The notes beneath the pieces are model-generated. The model did not search any database. It was not told where the DNA came from and saw nothing but the letters and a program-made list of their open reading frames with translations. The position numbers were made by a program, and so were the translations under genes. Positions 16,018 to 20,461 of a DNA stretch of 20,461 bases are shown here, piece after piece. Source of the stretch: Campylobacterota bacterium (GTDB lineage Bacteria; Campylobacterota; Campylobacteria; Campylobacterales; Arcobacteraceae); NCBI GenBank assembly GCA_051746405.1, contig JBNJFB010000042.1, forward strand, positions 1 to 20,461. Reading direction: 5' to 3'. The first letter of the stretch is position 1; every line of letters starts with the position of its first letter.

Positions 16018-18594
16018 ATGAGTTTATTAGCTAATTATAAAGCGCATACGCAAGAAAGGCTTGATGAGGGTAACTTACCACCATTACCTTTAACTGCTGA
16101 GCAAACTGCCCAATTAATTGAATTATTAAAAGCAGATACAGTAGAAGAGTCTGATTACGCGTTAGAGCTATTCACAAACAGAATTAACCCAGGTGTTGAT
16201 GATGCTGCATATGTAAAAGCTGCATTTTTAAATGACATTGTTCAAGGTAAAACTTCATGTGCTGTAATTTCTAAAACTGAAGCAGTTGAAATTTTAGGAA
16301 ATATGATGGGTGGATTTAATGTTGCACCTTTAATTGATGCATTAAAAGTTGATGAAGTTGCTGAGTTAGCTGCAAATCAATTAAAAAATACTATTTTAGT
16401 ATATGATGCATTTAATGATGTAAAAGAGCTTATGGATGCTGGAAACACTAAAGCAAAAGAGATTATCGAATCATGGGCAAATGCTGAGTGGTTCACTAAT
16501 AAACCTGCATTAGAAGAAGAAATTAAATTAACTGTTTATAAAATTCCTGGTGAAACAAACACAGATGATTTATCTCCTGCAACTGTTGCATTTACAAGAT
16601 CAGATATTCCATTACATGCAACTGCAATGTTACAATCAAAAATGGACAACCCACTTGAAACTATGGAAGAGTTAAAGAAAAAAGGTAATCCATTAGTTTA
16701 TGTTGGTGATGTTGTAGGAACAGGTAGTTCTAGAAAATCAGGTATAAACTCTGTTCAATGGCACATGGGTAGAGATATTCCAGGTGTTCCAAATAAAAGA
16801 ACAGGTGGTGTTGTAATTGGTTCAATTATTGCTCCAATTTTCTTTAACACAGCAGAAGATTCAGGTTGTTTACCAATTGAAGCTCCAGTTGATGACTTAG
16901 AAACAGGTGATGAAATTGTTGTTAAACCATATGATGGTCAAATTATCAAAAATGGTGAGGTTGTTTCAGAGTTTACTTTAGCTCCAAATACATTAACAGA
17001 TGAGATGAGAGCAGGTGGAAGAATTCCATTAATTATTGGAAAAGGTTTAACTGCAAAAGCTAGAGAAGCTTTAAGATTAGGTGCATCTGATATGTTCTTA
17101 GCTCCAAAGCAACCTGAAGATGATGGTCATGGATTTACTCAAGCTCAAAAAATGGTAGGACGTGCTTGTGGTATTGAGGGTGTAAAAGCTGGTATGTATG
17201 TTGAGCCAATTGCAACTACTGTTGGTTCTCAAGATACAACAGGACCAATGACAAGAGATGAAATTAAAGAGCTTGCAGCATTAAGTTTTGGTGCTGATAT
17301 GGTTATGCAATCATTCTGTCATACAGCAGCTTACCCAAAACCTGCAGATATAAACTTAAGACATACTCTACCTGAGTTTATTAACTCAAGAGGTGGTGTT
17401 ACACTTAAGCCAGGTGATGGGGTTATTCACTCATGGTTAAATAGATTATGTTTACCTGATACAGTAGGTACAGGTGGAGATTCACATACAAGATTCCCAA
17501 TTGGTATCTCATTCCCAGCTGGTTCTGGTCTTATTGCATTTGCAGGTGTTACAGGTATGATGCCTTTAACTATGCCTGAGTCTGTATTAGTTAAATTCAA
17601 AGGTGAAATGCAACCTGGAATTACTTTAAGAGATTTAGTAAATGCTATTCCTTACCAAGCAATTCAAGATGGACTTTTAACAGTTCCTAAGAAAAACAAG
17701 AAAAATATCTTCGCTGGTAAAATTATTGAGATTGCTGGACTTCCTGATCTTAAAGTTGAGCAAGCATTTGAATTATCTGACTCAGCAGCTGAAAGAAGTG
17801 CGGCGGCTTGTTCTGTTCAATTAGATAAAGAGCCAATTATTGAGTATTTAGAATCAAATATTGCATTAATTGAAAAAATGATTGAAGAGGGTTATGAAGA
17901 TGCTAGAACTCTTCAAAGAAGAGCTGACAAAATGAAAGAGTGGTTAGCAAACCCTGAGTTATTAACTCCAGATGAAGATGCACAATATGCAGCTACAGTT
18001 GAAATTGATTTAAATACAATTACTGAGCCAATCTTAGCTTGTCCAAATGATCCAGATGATGTTGATACATTAACAAACATCTTAGCTGATGATAATAGAA
18101 TTCACAAAATCGATGAGGTATTTGTTGGTTCTTGTATGACAAATATTGGGCTATTTAGAGCACTTGGTGAAGTATTAAAAGGTGAGGGTGAAGTACCATC
18201 TAAACTATGGGTTGCACCTCCAACAAAAATGGATGAAGCTCAATTAACTGAAGAGGGTTACTACTCAATATTTGCAGCAGCAGGTGCAAGACTTGAAATG
18301 CCTGGATGTTCATTATGTATGGGTAACCAAGCACAAGTATCACAAGGTGCAGCAGTATTCTCAACTTCTACAAGAAACTTTGATAATAGACTTGGAAAAG
18401 GTTCTCAAGTTTACTTAGGATCTGCAGAAGTTGCAGCTGTTACAGCTTTACTTGGAAGATTACCATCTAAAGAAGAGTACATGGAAATTGTACCTAAGAA
18501 AATCACAGCTGAAAATAAAGATGGAGTTTATAGATACTTAAACTTCAACAAAGTTTCAAAAGATCAATTAACTAATTTAGTTACTTCTAGATAG
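16018..18594 (+). CDS. acnB: Aconitate hydratase B / 2-methylisocitrate dehydratase
   Basis: 858 aa; [37 protein letters not shown], Fe-S ligands GSCMTN and [14 protein letters not shown]. Confidence 0.98.
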   Translation: MSLLANYKAHTQERLDEGNLPPLPLTAEQTAQLIELLKADTVEESDYALELFTNRINPGVDDAAYVKAAFLNDIVQGKTSCAVISKTEAVEILGNMMGGFNVAPLIDALKVDEVAELAANQLKNTILVYDAFNDVKELMDAGNTKAKEIIESWANAEWFTNKPALEEEIKLTVYKIPGETNTDDLSPATVAFTRSDIPLHATAMLQSKMDNPLETMEELKKKGNPLVYVGDVVGTGSSRKSGINSVQWHMGRDIPGVPNKRTGGVVIGSIIAPIFFNTAEDSGCLPIEAPVDDLETGDEIVVKPYDGQIIKNGEVVSEFTLAPNTLTDEMRAGGRIPLIIGKGLTAKAREALRLGASDMFLAPKQPEDDGHGFTQAQKMVGRACGIEGVKAGMYVEPIATTVGSQDTTGPMTRDEIKELAALSFGADMVMQSFCHTAAYPKPADINLRHTLPEFINSRGGVTLKPGDGVIHSWLNRLCLPDTVGTGGDSHTRFPIGISFPAGSGLIAFAGVTGMMPLTMPESVLVKFKGEMQPGITLRDLVNAIPYQAIQDGLLTVPKKNKKNIFAGKIIEIAGLPDLKVEQAFELSDSAAERSAAACSVQLDKEPIIEYLESNIALIEKMIEEGYEDARTLQRRADKMKEWLANPELLTPDEDAQYAATVEIDLNTITEPILACPNDPDDVDTLTNILADDNRIHKIDEVFVGSCMTNIGLFRALGEVLKGEGEVPSKLWVAPPTKMDEAQLTEEGYYSIFAAAGARLEMPGCSLCMGNQAQVSQGAAVFSTSTRNFDNRLGKGSQVYLGSAEVAAVTALLGRLPSKEEYMEIVPKKITAENKDGVYRYLNFNKVSKDQLTNLVTSR

Positions 18595-18619
18595 TTTTTT
18601 AATAACTTAATTTAAGCAT

Positions 18620-18654
18620 AAAAGGCAAGGGATTTTATCCCTTGCCTTTTTTTT
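18620..18654 (+). terminator. Rho-independent terminator of acnB
   Basis: AAAAGGCAAGGGAT-TTT-ATCCCTTGCC followed by a run of eight T. Confidence 0.92.
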
Positions 18655-18719
18655 AGCACATTTTAGCACAATTAATTATAAATATTGTATCATTAGGAAA
18701 ACAGTTTTAAGGATCTATC

Positions 18720-19310
18720 ATATCTACTTTAAAAGAGACTAAAAAAAATAATATAATACAAAATGCACTAAAACTTTTCTCCACAAAAGGTTTTTATAAT
18801 ACTACTATTCCTGATATTGCCAAAACTATGAAAATGAGTGTTGGTAATGTGTATAACTATTTTAGTTCAAAAGAGGAGTTAGCTAAGTATGCTATAAAAT
18901 ACTCTACGAATATTTTAGCTGATGAGTTAAGAGTTATAAACCAAATGGATATAACTTCAAAAGAGAAAATATATATTTTTACAAGAAGATATTTTGAAAA
19001 TGTTAAAAATTCACCTGAAATTGTTGAGTATTTTTTAAGAGTTTATTTAGCAAATAGAGAGGTTTTTACTAAAGGTTGTGAAGGCTTTTTATGTGTGGGT
19101 GAGTTTGTAACAGAAGTTATGATACTATTAGATGAAGGTGCTCAAAACAAAGAGTTTAGACAGCAAGAGTTTTTTCCTGCATTTGGTATGATTATGGGAT
19201 GTTTAGGTGGTTTTGCCTTTTTATCAGGTGAGGCTGTGCTTGATAAGGATTTATTAGAGTATTCAGATGCTATTGCTGATAATATTTATAGAGCTTTAAA
19301 GTATGAGTAA
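18720..19310 (+). CDS. TetR/AcrR-family regulator of the hydrogenase operon; probable non-canonical ATA start
   Basis: The frame is open from stop 18708-18710 and reads STLKETKKNNIIQNALKLFSTKGFYNTTIPDIAKTMKMSVGNVYNYFSSKEEL, a complete TetR HTH. AAGGA at 18709-18713 lies 6 nt before ATA 18720. The first ATG (18828) falls mid-HTH. Confidence 0.85.
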   Translation: MSTLKETKKNNIIQNALKLFSTKGFYNTTIPDIAKTMKMSVGNVYNYFSSKEELAKYAIKYSTNILADELRVINQMDITSKEKIYIFTRRYFENVKNSPEIVEYFLRVYLANREVFTKGCEGFLCVGEFVTEVMILLDEGAQNKEFRQQEFFPAFGMIMGCLGGFAFLSGEAVLDKDLLEYSDAIADNIYRALKYE

Positions 19311-20199
19311 AGATTACAAGCCTGTTGTTGTTTGGTTTCAAGCAGTAACATGCAATGGTAATACCCACTCATTTTTAAGTGCAAACTCTTCAAGGTTGGA
19401 GCTATTTTTAAATAGTTTTGATCTTATTTATCATCCTTCACTAACTATTGATTCTAGTTTAGATGATATTGTAAATAATGAAGATTTATATATTGATTTT
19501 TTATTAGTAGAGGGAGCTATTACTAAAAATAAAGAGTTCTTCTGTATTAATGAAAAATCAACTACAAGTTTACTAAGACAACTTACCAAAAAATCAAAAT
19601 ATCTTATAAGTATTGGTTCATGTGCATCATATGGTGGTATTCATCAAAAGTTTGAACAAAACTCTCATATTGTAGGAGTTGAAGACATTATATCAAAAGA
19701 GAAATATACTAACTTAAAAAATGAGATTGTAAATTTAACTGGGTGTCCTGTTCATCCTGAGTGGATTATTCAAACTATGTTTTCATTAAGTGCATTTAAA
19801 ACTATTGCATTAGATGAGGAAAAAAGACCAAAAGAGTTATATAGTAATCTAGCCCATCATGGTTGTACTAGAAACGAGTATTTTGAGTGGAAAGTTGAGG
19901 GTGATTTTGGTCAAAAAGAGGGGTGTTTGTTTTATGACCAGGGGTGTAGGGGACCTATGACCCATAGCTCTTGTAATAAGATACTTTGGAATGATATTAG
20001 TTCTAAAACAAGAGCAGGAATGCCTTGTATTGGATGTACTCAAAGAAGTTTCCCAAGGGAAAATATGCTTGAAACACAAAAAAATATTGGTATACCACAA
20101 GAGGTACCACTAGGAGTTTCAAAAAGAGCATATCTATCAATAACTGGAGTTGCTAAAACTTTTAAAATTGATAGATTAAATAAAAAGTTAATGGATTAA
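19303..20199 (+). CDS. Cytoplasmic [NiFe]-hydrogenase small subunit (group 2d-like, HupS/HuaS)
   Basis: No Tat leader; TCNGNTHS, VEGAI, GSCASYGG, GCPVHP, HHGCTR, GCLF..GCRGP, CIGC. Confidence 0.9.
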   Translation: MSKDYKPVVVWFQAVTCNGNTHSFLSANSSRLELFLNSFDLIYHPSLTIDSSLDDIVNNEDLYIDFLLVEGAITKNKEFFCINEKSTTSLLRQLTKKSKYLISIGSCASYGGIHQKFEQNSHIVGVEDIISKEKYTNLKNEIVNLTGCPVHPEWIIQTMFSLSAFKTIALDEEKRPKELYSNLAHHGCTRNEYFEWKVEGDFGQKEGCLFYDQGCRGPMTHSSCNKILWNDISSKTRAGMPCIGCTQRSFPRENMLETQKNIGIPQEVPLGVSKRAYLSITGVAKTFKIDRLNKKLMD

Positions 20200-20201
20200 A
20201 A

Positions 20202-20461
20202 TTGAAAAAAGTAGAGATAGTTGAGAGAATTGAGGGTGAAGCTAAATTAAATTGTACATGGAAAGATGGTTTAGTTAATGATGCAAGAGTAGATTTTTTG
20301 AACTTTAGAGGTTTTGAGTTTATTTTACAAAATAAGCCAGCTTTAGATTCACTTATCTATACTCCACGTATCTGTGGTATTTGTGGACAAGCTCACTTAA
20401 AGGCTACTGTTGAGGCTTTAGAGGGTGCTTACGAAAATGCATATGAAAAACTAGAAGTAAC
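20202..20461 (+). CDS. [NiFe]-hydrogenase large subunit, N-terminal part (runs off the window)
   Basis: Manual translation from TTG 20202: MKKVEIVERIEGEAKL...FRGFEFIL...TPRICGICGQAH (L1 Ni-binding CxxC). Confidence 0.92.
   Translation, partial: MKKVEIVERIEGEAKLNCTWKDGLVNDARVDFLNFRGFEFILQNKPALDSLIYTPRICGICGQAHLKATVEALEGAYENAYEKLEV

Noticed and set aside
18653..18668. Sigma54 promoter (TAGCAC-ATTTT-AGCA)
   Set aside because: It lacks the invariant -24 GG; better explained as a direct repeat.
2252..20100. Short overlapping ORFs (2252, 4678, 7656, 8513, 9147, 9244, 10498, 12604, 13724, 14763, 19849)
   Set aside because: All lie antisense to well-supported genes and have no recognisable motifs.
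1..20461. Phase-variable homopolymers, tRNA/rRNA, prophage or integrase
   Set aside because: A/T runs are expected at this composition and leave frames intact. No long G/C tract in coding sequence and no such genes were recognised.

Overview
Very AT-rich bacterial chromosomal window. Gene content and sequence style point to Campylobacterota, most likely Arcobacteraceae (inference). The left ~2.2 kb looks accessory. It holds a deletion-riddled AAA-ATPase/PD-(D/E)XK pseudogene, a membrane-anchored coiled-coil protein built from 54/33-bp repeats, and an Rpn-family PD-(D/E)XK nuclease with twelve 12-bp repeats and a candidate internal (RpnS antitoxin-like) start. The middle carries DUF2721, a methyltransferase, DsbB/BdbC, hypotheticals, an orphan CHASE4 kinase, TlpA, an mlaA-mlaC-mmpL operon, M23 and M48 peptidases, yebC and a YiiD_C thioesterase. 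The right end has acnB and a TetR regulator followed by a cytoplasmic group 2d-like [NiFe]-hydrogenase. Best leads: (1) an unannotated ~115-nt three-hairpin RNA at ~8760-8878 with anti-Shine-Dalgarno loops, its own promoter and phased TTAAC repeats; (2) an MMPL-coupled Mla-like system with a cysteine-free MlaA and a DFSxFxxEF motif shared by MlaA and MMPL; (3) a TetR that must start at a non-canonical ATA codon to keep its HTH; (4) a candidate intragenic antitoxin in Rpn; (5) a leaderless M23 gene and a 36-bp perfect palindrome. Family assignments come from motif recognition only; no searches were run.
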